Origin: Candidatus Saccharimonadales bacterium
Lineage (GTDB): Bacteria > Patescibacteriota > Saccharimonadia > QS-5-54-17
Assembly (NCBI GenBank): GCA_040903985.1
Contig: JBBDUI010000002.1
Location: 198,038 to 262,037 of the forward strand
Reading direction: 5' to 3'
Length of the DNA stretch: 64,000 bases
The notes beneath the pieces were generated by a model. That model had not been told where the DNA came from, made no database searches, and saw only the letters and a program-made list of their open reading frames with translations. This document shows positions 30,633 to 40,383 of the stretch, piece by piece (positions within the stretch are counted from its first letter, which is position 1; each line of letters opens with the position of its first letter). The position numbers and the translations under genes are program-made.

Positions 30633-31029
30633 ATTAATGTTGTTACAAAGACAGCACTAACATCGGTGCCTGAACTTGCAGGCCGAAAATAGCTGTAGTA
30701 ATTACTAATTAAGTTGGACGTGAATCAAAACACAAAAGACGTTGACCTATTAGTACACCTCGGCTAAACACGTTGCCGTGCGTACACCTAGTGCCTATCA
30801 AACAGGTGGTCTACCTGTGGTCTCAAACGAAACCTAGTCTTGTGGGGGGCTTCGTGCTTATATGCTTTCAGCACTTATCCCTGCCGAACGTAGCTACCCG
30901 ACACTGCCGCTGGCGCGACAATCGGTACACCAGAGGTTCGTTCACTCCGGTCCTCTCGTACTAGGAGTGACTCCGCTCAAGTTTCATCGCCCACACCGGA
31001 TATAAACCGAACTGTCTCACGACGTTCTA

Positions 31030-31078
<49 letters not shown>

Positions 31079-31088
31079 GATGCTCCTC

Positions 31089-31125
<37 letters not shown>

Positions 31126-31157
31126 AGCGCCGTCTATGTGGACTATTGGGCGCGATA

Positions 31158-31192
<35 letters not shown>

Positions 31193-31833
31193 GCGCTGCC
31201 GATACCACATTCATGTGTGTACCACGAAGGTACTAAAAACAGCGGATCACTAACTCCGACTTTCGTCCCTGTTCGGCTTGTATGCCTCACAGTCAAGCTG
31301 GCTTATGCGTTTGCACTATCATCTCGATTTCCATCCGAGACTAGCCAACCTTTGAACGCCTCCGTTACTCTTTAGGAGGCAACCGCCCCAGTTAAACTAC
31401 CCACCAGACACTGTCTCTCAGCCAGAAGCTAAGAACGATCTAATGTAAGTAATTACTAGTTTGTTGAAGTTAGGACATTTTACTCCGTATGTGTTGCTGT
31501 TTCTACATCAAAAATGTCACTAAATTCATAGTAATCACTTGATCATTCTCACCTTGTGGCTGAGATTAGAACAAAGATACACTGAGGGTGGTATTTCACT
31601 GGTGACTCCGCTCAAGCTAGCGCCTGAGCTTCAAAGTCTCCCACCTATACTGCACAAAGTGTACCCCAATCCAATGTCAAGCTGTAGTAAAGCTCCACGG
31701 GGTCTTTTCGTCCTGGTGTGGGTAGCCGGCATCTTTACCGGCAATGCAAATTCGCCGAGTCCTTCGTTGAGACAGTATTCAAATCGTTGCGCCATTCGTG
31801 CGGGTCAGAACTTACCTGACAAGGAATTTCGCT

Positions 31834-32607
31834 CAAATCTTAAGTTATATTTACTTTAGATACGCATGTTTTCTAGTGGCACGATTTCTCGCCACACCCT
31901 ATATCGCTATAGGGATCGGACTATATCTTCTCCATCTGGAGTCCGGCGTATAGTCTCTGAGGGTTCTAGTTCCGTATTTTTCGCCGATTCGTATTCGCCG
32001 CTAGTCGTCGTATCTGAACGAGACCCTCTATACTCAGATGTTCCTTTCTAGCTATCATTGCTATTACTTCACAGAAGATAATAAAATCTTGCTGTTTAGC
32101 AGTTTGTAATGGATAGACTTCAAAGAATGGAATTATCCTTTCCTGAATATCTCTAATAGATCTGACGCAGTAGCGATACAGTGGCTCACGATGGTTATCG
32201 TATCTCGTATTGACGTATATATTACCACAGCCAAAGAAAGATTGAATACTTTCTAAGACCGACAGGCTCTTAGCGCCTTGGGTTACTACAAACTCTGGAA
32301 ATACTGGATATCCAGAAAGAGTAGTAGCGTTTTTAAATACGCTGACTGCAAAACAGCCCTCCCCATCAACGAAACCGTTTATCCACCACGGATCTAGCCT
32401 TCCCTGCTGATTGTCCGCACCTGTCGCATTATTAGTTACCATATATTCAGTATACCGAACAGTATACGAACATACAATTACTAGCGCAGGATACTACAGT
32501 CCTTTTAGGACACGGGGTTTCCAGCATATAGCCAGATTTTCTTCTCGAAACCTCACACGAGAGGAAAAACGAGAAGAGGGTCATTCACCCTACTAAGGCA
32601 GCATTCT
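31834..32607 (-). mobile_element. Group I intron at 23S position L1931
   Basis: Interrupts CCTAAGGT^AGCGAAA. P1 is CUAAGGU/GCCUUAG with a U-G pair, and there is a terminal omega G. P/Q/R/S-like elements ATGCTGGAAA, AATCAGCAGG, GAGACTATACG and AAGATATAGTCC are present. Confidence 0.9.
31966..32442 (-). CDS. Single-motif LAGLIDADG homing endonuclease
   Basis: WINGFVDGEGCF, VTQ, FFGCGNI and IIPFFEVYPLQTAK; lies inside the intron. Confidence 0.92.
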   Translation of the reverse strand: MVTNNATGADNQQGRLDPWWINGFVDGEGCFAVSVFKNATTLSGYPVFPEFVVTQGAKSLSVLESIQSFFGCGNIYVNTRYDNHREPLYRYCVRSIRDIQERIIPFFEVYPLQTAKQQDFIIFCEVIAMIARKEHLSIEGLVQIRRLAANTNRRKIRN

Positions 32608-33310
32608 ACCTTAGGACGGTTATAGTTACCGCCGCCGTTTACTGGGGCTTCAGTTCAGAGCTTGCACTCGTTCCCTTAACCTTCCAGCACTGGGCAGGCG
32701 TCAGCCCGTATACATCCACTTTCGTGTTAGCACGGACCTGTGTTTTTAGTAAACAGTCGCTTGAGTTCTTTTACTGCGGCCCTACACCCTAAAAGGGTGC
32801 GGGGCAGGCCTTATCCCGAAGTTACGGCCGTTATTTTGCCGAGTTCCTTAACGAAGGTTCTCTCGTACACCTTGGTCTACTCGACCTGAGCACCTGTGTT
32901 GGTTTGCGGTACGGTTAGCTATGTTTATACGTATCGCGTCTTTTCCGGTCGGTTTGGCTTGCGCAACTCTCCCGTAATCGGGATCGCATTCGTGCTTCAC
33001 CTCCACAAAAGTGGAAACTAGACACTTAGACAGTTATAGCCAAAAAACTGCTTGCGCTACCATACCGCACAACGCGATACAACAACATCACTAGTACGGG
33101 AATATTAACCCGTTGTCCATCGCCTACGCACTACGCCTGGGCTTAGGACCGACTAACCCTGAGATGATTACCATGGCTCAGGAAACCTTGCTCTTTCGGT
33201 GGAAAAGATTCTCACTTTTCTTATGGCTACTAATTCCAGCATTCTCACTTCCTTGCGCTCCAGCTGGCCTTCCGGCTCACCTTCAACGCTGCAAGGAACG
33301 CTCCTCTACC

Positions 33311-33475
33311 ACTCCAGTATGAGACAAAACCTACGGTTTCATCTCAAGTTCACTTACGTTCACTGCTCTTTTTCCCTGATAGTGTATTTCACTTCGAATT
33401 TATGCGAAAATTATTCGTTCATATCTTAATCAGAAATCAATAAGCACAACTATAAGCTTAGTCTCATACTAGAGT
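33311..33475 (-). other. Intervening-sequence-like insertion in 23S helix 45 region
   Basis: AT-rich insert closed by actccagtatgagac/gtctcatactagagt. Confidence 0.75.
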
Positions 33476-34158
33476 CCGCGATTTCGGTACCAAACTTAGC
33501 CCCGTTACATTTTCCGCGCAGAATCACAATCGATTAGTGAGCTGTTACGCACTCTTTAAATGAATGGCTGCTTCTAAGCCAACATCCTAATTGTCTTTGC
33601 GACTCTACCTCGTTTCCCACTTAGTTTGGATTTAGGGACCTTAATCGGCGGTCTGGGCTGTTTCCCTTTCGAGCGCGGAGCTTAGCCCCCGCGTTCTAAC
33701 TGCTGTGCTTCCACGATCGGTATTCGTAGTTTGACAGGGATGGATACGGTTGCCCGCTCCAGACCCAATCAGAGCTCTACCTCCAACTGCTACCACACAA
33801 CGCTAGCCCTAAAGCTATTTCGAGGAGAACCAGCTATCTCCAGGTTCGATTAGCATTTCACCGCTATCCACAGGTCATCCAAACACGTTGCATTGTGTCC
33901 TGGTGCGGCCCTCCACGAACTGTTACGTCCGCTTCAGCCTGCCCATGGATAGGTCACCTGGTTTCGGGTCTACTTCATAAAACTAATTTCGCCCTATTAA
34001 GGCTCGCTTTCACTACGCCTACTCCGCTTATGCGGATTAAGCTAGCTTTATAAAGTAACTCGCTGGATCGTTCTACAAAAAGCACGCCGTCACCCCGATA
34101 AATCGGAGCTCCGACTCCTTGTAGGCACACAGTTTCAGGTCTATTTCACTCCCCTTAC

Positions 34159-34201
<43 letters not shown>

Positions 34202-34980
34202 ATCATACATCATATTTAGTCTTGGAAGGTGGACCTCCCAGATTCAGTCAGAGTTTCACGTGTTCCGACCTACTCGAGATAAAAAACATAAGGTTGCTAC
34301 GTTTTCGGATACGAGGCTTTCACTCTCTTTGGCAGTCCTTTCCAGAACTTTCTCCTAACCCAGCAATTTGTAACCTTACAGATCTATGACAGTCGATCTT
34401 CATCTCGATATCATCTCTAGCGATAACTATTTATCAACCAGAGATGATATCGAGAGTCGTCTAATATCTCACAACCCGATACAAGTATTCGCCTGTCAGC
34501 TTATTCGTGTAAGTTAATACTCGAAAACTTATATCGTTTAGACTGTTTCCCTTTCGCTCGCCACTACTGAGGAAATCGCATATGCTTTCTATTCCACCGG
34601 GTACTAAGATGTTTCAGTTCCCCAGGTTCCCTCGCACTATCCTATATATTCAGATAGCGGTGACTCTGTATTACCAGAGCCGGGTTTCCCCATTCGGACA
34701 CCCCCGGATTATAGCTCGTTTGGCAGCTCCCCGAGGCTTATCGCAGCCTACTACGTCCTTCGTCGGTGAATGTATGTCAAGGCATCCGCTGTGCGCCCTT
34801 TCTCGTCTTTTGCATTACCAAGAACTGTTGAAGTTCTTGGATTTCACACCAACTTAATTAGCAAATAGTACAGCTATTTGCTAAATGTTTGTTAACGTTC
34901 TAAGCTCCCTAAAAATGCAAAGCCTAAATGACTGCTGACCCCTATAATCGGCAATCACTTAAGCTCATAGCGCAAGCTGG

Positions 34981-35010
34981 ATTGTATCACAGGAAAATAA
35001 CGCCTGTAAA
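34981..35010 (-). promoter_or_regulatory. Separate promoter for 23S-5S
   Basis: TTTACA-18 bp-TACAAT with TG extension, upstream of the 23S processing stem. Confidence 0.65.
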
Positions 35011-35077
35011 TACCTCTGATACTTTGGTTTTTATCTTTCCCCTCATTATAGAGTGGATAGCCCTAGCCGTCCAGTAG

Positions 35078-36394
35078 CTAGAAAGAGAACTCTTCGTAGT
35101 GCAGACGATCCTCGTCGATTCCAGCAGCAACGAACTGCTTACGCAGACCGTTTAACATCGGTGGTGGACCACAGATAAAGATAGCGGCGGCCTGGATGTC
35201 CGCTCGCTGCTGTAGCAACTCTAAATTCATGAATCCCTCCCGCTCCTCACAGATGTGGTGCATTCGAAAGCCGGCATGGCGCTTAGCCACTGCGGTTAGC
35301 TCCGTATGAAATAAGGCGTCGGTGTCTGACTTAGTACAGTAGAAGAAGTCGATATCGTACCGCAGCTTATCCGGAAAACTCCGCACCATACTGAGGAACG
35401 GCGTGATACCGATGCCACCGGCGATCCAGATCTGACGACGACTAGTTGAGTTGAGATAACTAAAATTGCCATATGGGCCGTCGACAATAGCTCGGACGCC
35501 AGGATGCACCTCCCCGATCTTAGCCGTGTAATCCCCCAAATTTTTAACGACGAAGCCAAGCTGACGATCGTGACGGCTCGAGCTAAAGGAGAACGGATGC
35601 GCCTCTCGTTGTACCGCAGCATCCCGCATACTCAAGTAGCCGAACTGACCCGGTCGAAAACTGACCGGATGCCAGCTCGGCTGCAGAATAATCTCAGTGA
35701 TGTCTTCCCCCAGATGGTTAACCGCCTCTACCCGGTAAGGGTACTTTTTAGTTAACCATTCTCCCAGAACCGAATGATACAGATAACTGAGAGCACCGAT
35801 GAATGTCACGATCAGCATATACCGCCGTAAAGCCGGGTTATCCAGAAGATGACCGCTAGCTAGGAAGGTGTGCAGGGCGGCCGGTACCAACAACAGCCCC
35901 AGTAAACGGTGAACCGTCAAAAAGGTTTGATATGGTAGTTTATACAACACTGTCGCTGTTAAGAGAGCGGCCATGCCCAAGAAAGCGATTACTCCCCATG
36001 TAACCACCGCGTCGACCCCCGGTACCCACATTCGCAGTGCTCCCAGTGGAGCGCTCATAGCGATAGCCGCTGTGATCGCTACAGCGTGTACGGCAATGGC
36101 GATAAAGCTATAGCTACCAAAGATACGATGTGCCTTATAGGCCTTATCTAAACCAAGAAAGAGCTTATCAATCGATTTCAGTCGCGCCCCCAACACCAAC
36201 GACCACATAAAGCTAGCGAAACCGGTAAATGCCCCCACTTTAGCCACGACAGTTAAGCCATGGCGGAGAGTTGACACCTCACCGATTAGCTCGGGCAGCC
36301 TAAGCCACAGGTAAAGCGGTATGATAAGGGCGACGCTCAGACTGACACTCCAGCCCAGGCTACGTCGCAATCGATTCCGTATATCTTCTCTCAT
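35078..36394 (-). CDS. Ferric reductase-like transmembrane + FAD/NAD(P)H-binding oxidoreductase
   Basis: Membrane His pairs (AHR, VH, VHR, LH), HPFS, GPYG, AGGIGITP, ICGP and EEFSF. Confidence 0.88.
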   Translation of the reverse strand: MREDIRNRLRRSLGWSVSLSVALIIPLYLWLRLPELIGEVSTLRHGLTVVAKVGAFTGFASFMWSLVLGARLKSIDKLFLGLDKAYKAHRIFGSYSFIAIAVHAVAITAAIAMSAPLGALRMWVPGVDAVVTWGVIAFLGMAALLTATVLYKLPYQTFLTVHRLLGLLLVPAALHTFLASGHLLDNPALRRYMLIVTFIGALSYLYHSVLGEWLTKKYPYRVEAVNHLGEDITEIILQPSWHPVSFRPGQFGYLSMRDAAVQREAHPFSFSSSRHDRQLGFVVKNLGDYTAKIGEVHPGVRAIVDGPYGNFSYLNSTSRRQIWIAGGIGITPFLSMVRSFPDKLRYDIDFFYCTKSDTDALFHTELTAVAKRHAGFRMHHICEEREGFMNLELLQQRADIQAAAIFICGPPPMLNGLRKQFVAAGIDEDRLHYEEFSF

Positions 36395-36412
36395 TAAGCT
36401 GTATTATGGCAT

Positions 36413-36448
36413 ATCATAACGCCTGTCGCTAGCGACAGGCGTTATGAT
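36413..36448. repeat. Perfect 36-bp palindrome / terminator-like
   Basis: atcataacgcctgtcgctagcgacaggcgttatgat. Confidence 0.8.
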
Positions 36449-36472
36449 GCTTTGACCGAATCCAAACTGATA

Positions 36473-37327
36473 CTAGGCGGGACCGGTAGTTGGCAGCTGC
36501 TCTGGACCGGTGGTTGGAATCGCTTCCGGTTCAGGCTCTGGTTCTGGCACCGGCTCAGGCTCGGGCTCGGGTTCCGGTTCAGGCTGAGCTGCGACTATTA
36601 CTAGCTCGCTAGAGCTATCGTTTTGCCCCTGCAGCACTCCGTTATCGGCTGTGGCCGTCACATTATACGTGCCGGCTGCCAGTTCCTGCGTTATCTCTAC
36701 GGACCATGTACCATCAACCGCTAATTCGGCTTCATACTCTTCGCCATCTACCAAAACTGTCACAGTAGCCTCTGGGTCATCTACTGTACCGGTTACTGTC
36801 GGAGTAGCATCCTCAGTCTCAATCCCGTCAACCTCTACCTCGATCACCTCTGGCTCTGAGTCTGGAGTGGCTACCGGCTCTTGGACAGTCGGCCCCTCTG
36901 AGCTAGCATCACTCCAAAAGAAGTACCAGCCCGCACCGCCCAACGCTACTAATAAGATAAGAGCACTAAGCGCAATTAAGATCCACTTGTGCGACTGAGA
37001 TGGCTGCTCCATATAAGCACCCGTATTATTAGCTCCAGTTTGGAGTGGAAAGCTCGAGGACTGAGATTGATCTAGGCGGGATGAAACGTCACCATTAGCA
37101 GATGAGGCGCCATATGCTGCCGGGTCACCCATGGTTTGATCTGTGCTTGACTCGGCAAAGCGATCTGGACCAGCTAAATTAACTTCGGCTGGATTAGCCG
37201 CCGGAAGTGGGCTGGTGTCAAAGCTGGTATCGACCGGTGGTGTTACTCCTGGAGACGGGGGCGACGTATTAGGAACATCCGGGGTGGCTGCTGCTGGTTG
37301 TGGCAAATCTGGTTTTTCTTCTGGCAT
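36473..37327 (-). CDS. Membrane-anchored protein with Ig-like domain, (PE)n linker and terminal LPxTG-like repeats
   Basis: One TM helix, TPTVTGT...DGTWSV...GTYNVTATA and PEPEPE repeats; ends IPTTGPEQLPTTGPA. Confidence 0.7.
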   Translation of the reverse strand: MPEEKPDLPQPAAATPDVPNTSPPSPGVTPPVDTSFDTSPLPAANPAEVNLAGPDRFAESSTDQTMGDPAAYGASSANGDVSSRLDQSQSSSFPLQTGANNTGAYMEQPSQSHKWILIALSALILLVALGGAGWYFFWSDASSEGPTVQEPVATPDSEPEVIEVEVDGIETEDATPTVTGTVDDPEATVTVLVDGEEYEAELAVDGTWSVEITQELAAGTYNVTATADNGVLQGQNDSSSELVIVAAQPEPEPEPEPEPVPEPEPEPEAIPTTGPEQLPTTGPA

Positions 37328-37472
37328 ATTGAACTCTTTTTATATTATTAGTTTTTATTTCTAACTTCTATACTTACGTTCAACTATATACGTAAGCGGA
37401 TTGCCTTGTCAAGCTCTAGGTCGCTATCGCCACGAGTTGGCGACATTTTTTGTTTTGTGGGACAATAACAGC

Positions 37473-38015
37473 ATGAGAAAGCTAACCACCTACTTCATTA
37501 AAGGGCTGCTCTTCCTTCTGCCGATCTTACTGGTTATTACCCTAGTGCGAGAACTGTTCTCCATCGTCTTGCCTACAGGGGTGGGATTCATAAGCGGCGT
37601 AACTACTCTCGGCATAGCTATCCTAATTACTACTCTCGTCGGAGCTGTAATAACTGGCGGACTTCAGCCTTACTTTAAACGCAGAGCTCTCCGTGGCCTG
37701 GGCAAGTTCCCCTTTCTGAACCAGATATTTACCTCAATGAAACGGTTTGTACTAATCCTCAACTTCTCCCGGGAAATATTTGAAAACCCGGTTATAGTAA
37801 CCCGCGAGGAAGGTCGTGAGATAAAATTCGGCTTTGTAACTCGCTCAGGTCTGGAGCAGTTTGGTCTCAGCCAGCACTCTAGTGTCTATCTGCCCGATCC
37901 ATTCTCCTTCTTAGGCGAGATGGTAGTGGTAGCTAACAAAGACTTGAGGCCAGTAGAAGGGAAACGATCAGAGGTATCGAACTTCATCTTATCCGGGGGA
38001 CTAGTACAGAAATAA
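37473..38015 (+). CDS. DUF502-like membrane protein
   Basis: YFIKGLLFLLPI, GFVT, VYLP and FILSGG. Confidence 0.75.
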   Translation: MRKLTTYFIKGLLFLLPILLVITLVRELFSIVLPTGVGFISGVTTLGIAILITTLVGAVITGGLQPYFKRRALRGLGKFPFLNQIFTSMKRFVLILNFSREIFENPVIVTREEGREIKFGFVTRSGLEQFGLSQHSSVYLPDPFSFLGEMVVVANKDLRPVEGKRSEVSNFILSGGLVQK

Positions 38016-38154
38016 AGACGCATTTGCGCCTGCACCATACAGATGCGCCCGAGGAGTAGGGCTTCGAAGGTCTACCGCCTGGGTCTGATCTGGTCGGTTC
38101 TCAAGTATATTCTCCACCAAGAAAAGAGTCCGGCTGACGCCGAGACTCTTTTCT

Positions 38155-38231
38155 TGGTGGAGATGGAGGGACTCGAACCCTCGACCCCCTGCTTGCAAAG
38201 CAGGTGCTCTAGCCAACTGAGCTACATCCCC
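38155..38231 (-). tRNA. tRNA-Ala(TGC)
   Basis: GGGGATGTAGCTCAG...TTGCAA...GGTTCGAGTCC...CTCCACCA. Confidence 0.97.
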
Positions 38232-38304
38232 ATGCTTGAGTAATTTTAAAGGTATGGCTACCCCTAAGCACGTACCAGAGTATACAATAAATATAATCGT
38301 AAAA

Positions 38305-38541
38305 CTATATTCTCGGCTCTAGCTTTTCCCAGAAAGCCTCGGCCCGTACTTGATAGCCGCGACTATTAGGATGAAACCAATCAGCTGCATAATCAAGCAG
38401 GGGGTTAAGCTTGCCCCTAGTCGCCTCATATAGCGGAACGAAGACCAGGCCATTTTCAGCGGCAGCAAGTCTTATTATCCGGCTAGCTGATTCTGCCTTC
38501 TGATTAGTCTTACTGCTGCCGAAGCTAGGCACACCAGCCAT
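38305..38541 (-). pseudogene. C-terminal fragment of an SGNH/GDSL hydrolase
   Basis: Block V DWFHPNSRGY is present, but the N-terminal GDS block is absent. Confidence 0.65.
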
Positions 38542-38801
38542 TACAAGATGTCGCTGGCAAGCGTCGACTGGCCGTCGCCCTTGATCGCCGCCTTGAGTTC
38601 GTCCAGTGTCGTGGCGGCCTCGACGGCGGCGAGGAGCTCAGCTCGTGGGTCTGGTCGCGTGGCGATCGCCTCGTCATAGGCAGCCTGCAACGTAGTTTCG
38701 TCCGGCTCGTCGCCGTGGACGGTCAACGTCTCACCTACCTTTGTGTAGGCGATGCCGAGATGGGCTAGGGCGCACTTGCGCTGTGTGGTGTCCAATGCCA
38801 T
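38541..38801 (-). CDS. Hypothetical protein, possibly a tail-fibre-associated chaperone
   Basis: Translationally coupled to the upstream fibre-like gene; GC-rich. Confidence 0.5.
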   Translation of the reverse strand: MALDTTQRKCALAHLGIAYTKVGETLTVHGDEPDETTLQAAYDEAIATRPDPRAELLAAVEAATTLDELKAAIKGDGQSTLASDIL

Positions 38802-40129
38802 CAGGAACGTACCTCCGTGAGTGTCATCAGCGCCCCCGCTATGATAGATGACTCCACATTTGGTGACCCGGTCGGCCAGGGGCCGTGCTCTAGACGGTAG
38901 GTACGGGTGGCCGTCGATCCCGGTTCGTGCTCGCCTTCGAGCGCAATCGGGGAGTAGAACGTGGCCGTTTCGCTGGACGATGCAAGCAGACGGTGACCAC
39001 GACGCTCGTTGGTGACCACCTCGTCGCCAGTCGTGTCGCGGATTTGCACGACACCGTTGCGGTTAATCGAGCTACCGGACACCACCGAGTAAGTAACCTG
39101 TCCCGAAACGCGGGCGAGGATGATCGAATCGGCGTACGCTGGCATGATCGTGGCTTCGAGACCGGAGTCTTGCGGCGTGTCGGCGGTAGTGTCCGAGTCG
39201 CTACCCAAGGTCGCAGTGACGACCTGCACCACAGACGCACTACTCCCAATCGCCTGATCATGCTCGGTGATGGCTTGTTGGACATTTACGGCTGTGGTGT
39301 GTTCCAGGCCGGTCGGGTCAAACTCGATGTTGGTAGCTGGGTGGGCGTCTGCTACGGCCTCATGATTAGTGATAGCTGTAGTAGCGGTACCGGCAGGATC
39401 AGCTCCTACATCACTGGCATCCAGAGAAACAATACCGGTATCACCGTTGACAGACTGGACGGGGGCTTCGGCTGCTGTGATGAAGGTAGCGGAGTGAGCT
39501 TCATTACCATGCTCGGTTGGAGTACGGGTAGCACTGGCATCATCTAGGGTGGCATCACTAATCTTGGCGTTGAGGGCAGCTAGGGTGGTAGCACTGTGTT
39601 CGATACCACCTAGTGAGTGACCTTTCGGTACTTGGGGGTCGGCTAGTTCGCCGGAGAGGCCATCGACGTTCAGTTCATCAGTTCCGCCGGATTGGTGGGT
39701 GGTGGTGTGGTTAGCTACATCACTAGCATCTAGAGTTACTGCTCCGGTCTTAGAGTTGATGCTTAGTACGGGGGCAATAGCAGCTACCCAGGTGCTAGTG
39801 CCACTATCGTAGGTTAAGACATCTTGATCACTGGCAGTATCGGTATCGGTATCATCTAGGGCGGCTAGAGAGGAGCCGACACCTGGGAGTCCATCAACAT
39901 AGGCTTTAGTGACGGCGTCTTGAGGGGTGGTAGGGTTGGCTAGTCCGACAATCTTGTTTCCGCCTAGGGATAGCTCTCCGCCCATAGTATCGCCACTGCG
40001 GTTGAGCTTCTGAGTTAGCTCAGTACCACGTTTGAGGGAGCCATCACTAGCTAGTTCGACACTGAGGTATTCGTTGAGGATGTCTCCCCATGTTCCTTCG
40101 TCTGATCCGGGGATTGGTAGTCGTGGCAT
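38801..40129 (-). CDS. Tail-fibre-like surface protein
   Basis: N-terminus MPRLPIPGSDEGTWGDILNEYL, DAVTKAYVD, VLSINSKTGAVTL/VQSVNGDTGIVSL repeats and a beta-rich C-terminal tip. Confidence 0.65.
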   Translation of the reverse strand: MPRLPIPGSDEGTWGDILNEYLSVELASDGSLKRGTELTQKLNRSGDTMGGELSLGGNKIVGLANPTTPQDAVTKAYVDGLPGVGSSLAALDDTDTDTASDQDVLTYDSGTSTWVAAIAPVLSINSKTGAVTLDASDVANHTTTHQSGGTDELNVDGLSGELADPQVPKGHSLGGIEHSATTLAALNAKISDATLDDASATRTPTEHGNEAHSATFITAAEAPVQSVNGDTGIVSLDASDVGADPAGTATTAITNHEAVADAHPATNIEFDPTGLEHTTAVNVQQAITEHDQAIGSSASVVQVVTATLGSDSDTTADTPQDSGLEATIMPAYADSIILARVSGQVTYSVVSGSSINRNGVVQIRDTTGDEVVTNERRGHRLLASSSETATFYSPIALEGEHEPGSTATRTYRLEHGPWPTGSPNVESSIIAGALMTLTEVRS

Positions 40130-40305
40130 TATACTTTAGCTTCAATGTTTAGTTGCTATGTACCCAATATAGAGTGGTTGTGGTTATCTGGCAACTGGTG
40201 GGAGGTGGGAGTTATTATCGATTGGGGTCATCCGGGACTCGAACCTGAGGCCTCGTCATTAGGTCTCGCTTTGCTCGATAAAGCATAATAATTTTTCAAT
40301 CCAAA

Positions 40306-40383
40306 TGGTGGGGCTGCGTGGACTCGAACCACGGACCTCGTCATTATCAGTGACGCGCTCTAACCAGACTGAGCTACAGCCCC
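40306..40383 (-). tRNA. tRNA-Ile(GAT)
   Basis: GGGGCTGTAGCTCAG...CTGATAA...GGTTCGAGTCC...CCCCACCA. Confidence 0.97.

Noticed and set aside
38890-39547. Alternative-frame and antisense ORFs over the fibre-like gene
   Set aside because: They are expected shadows of GC-rich coding DNA and show no motifs.
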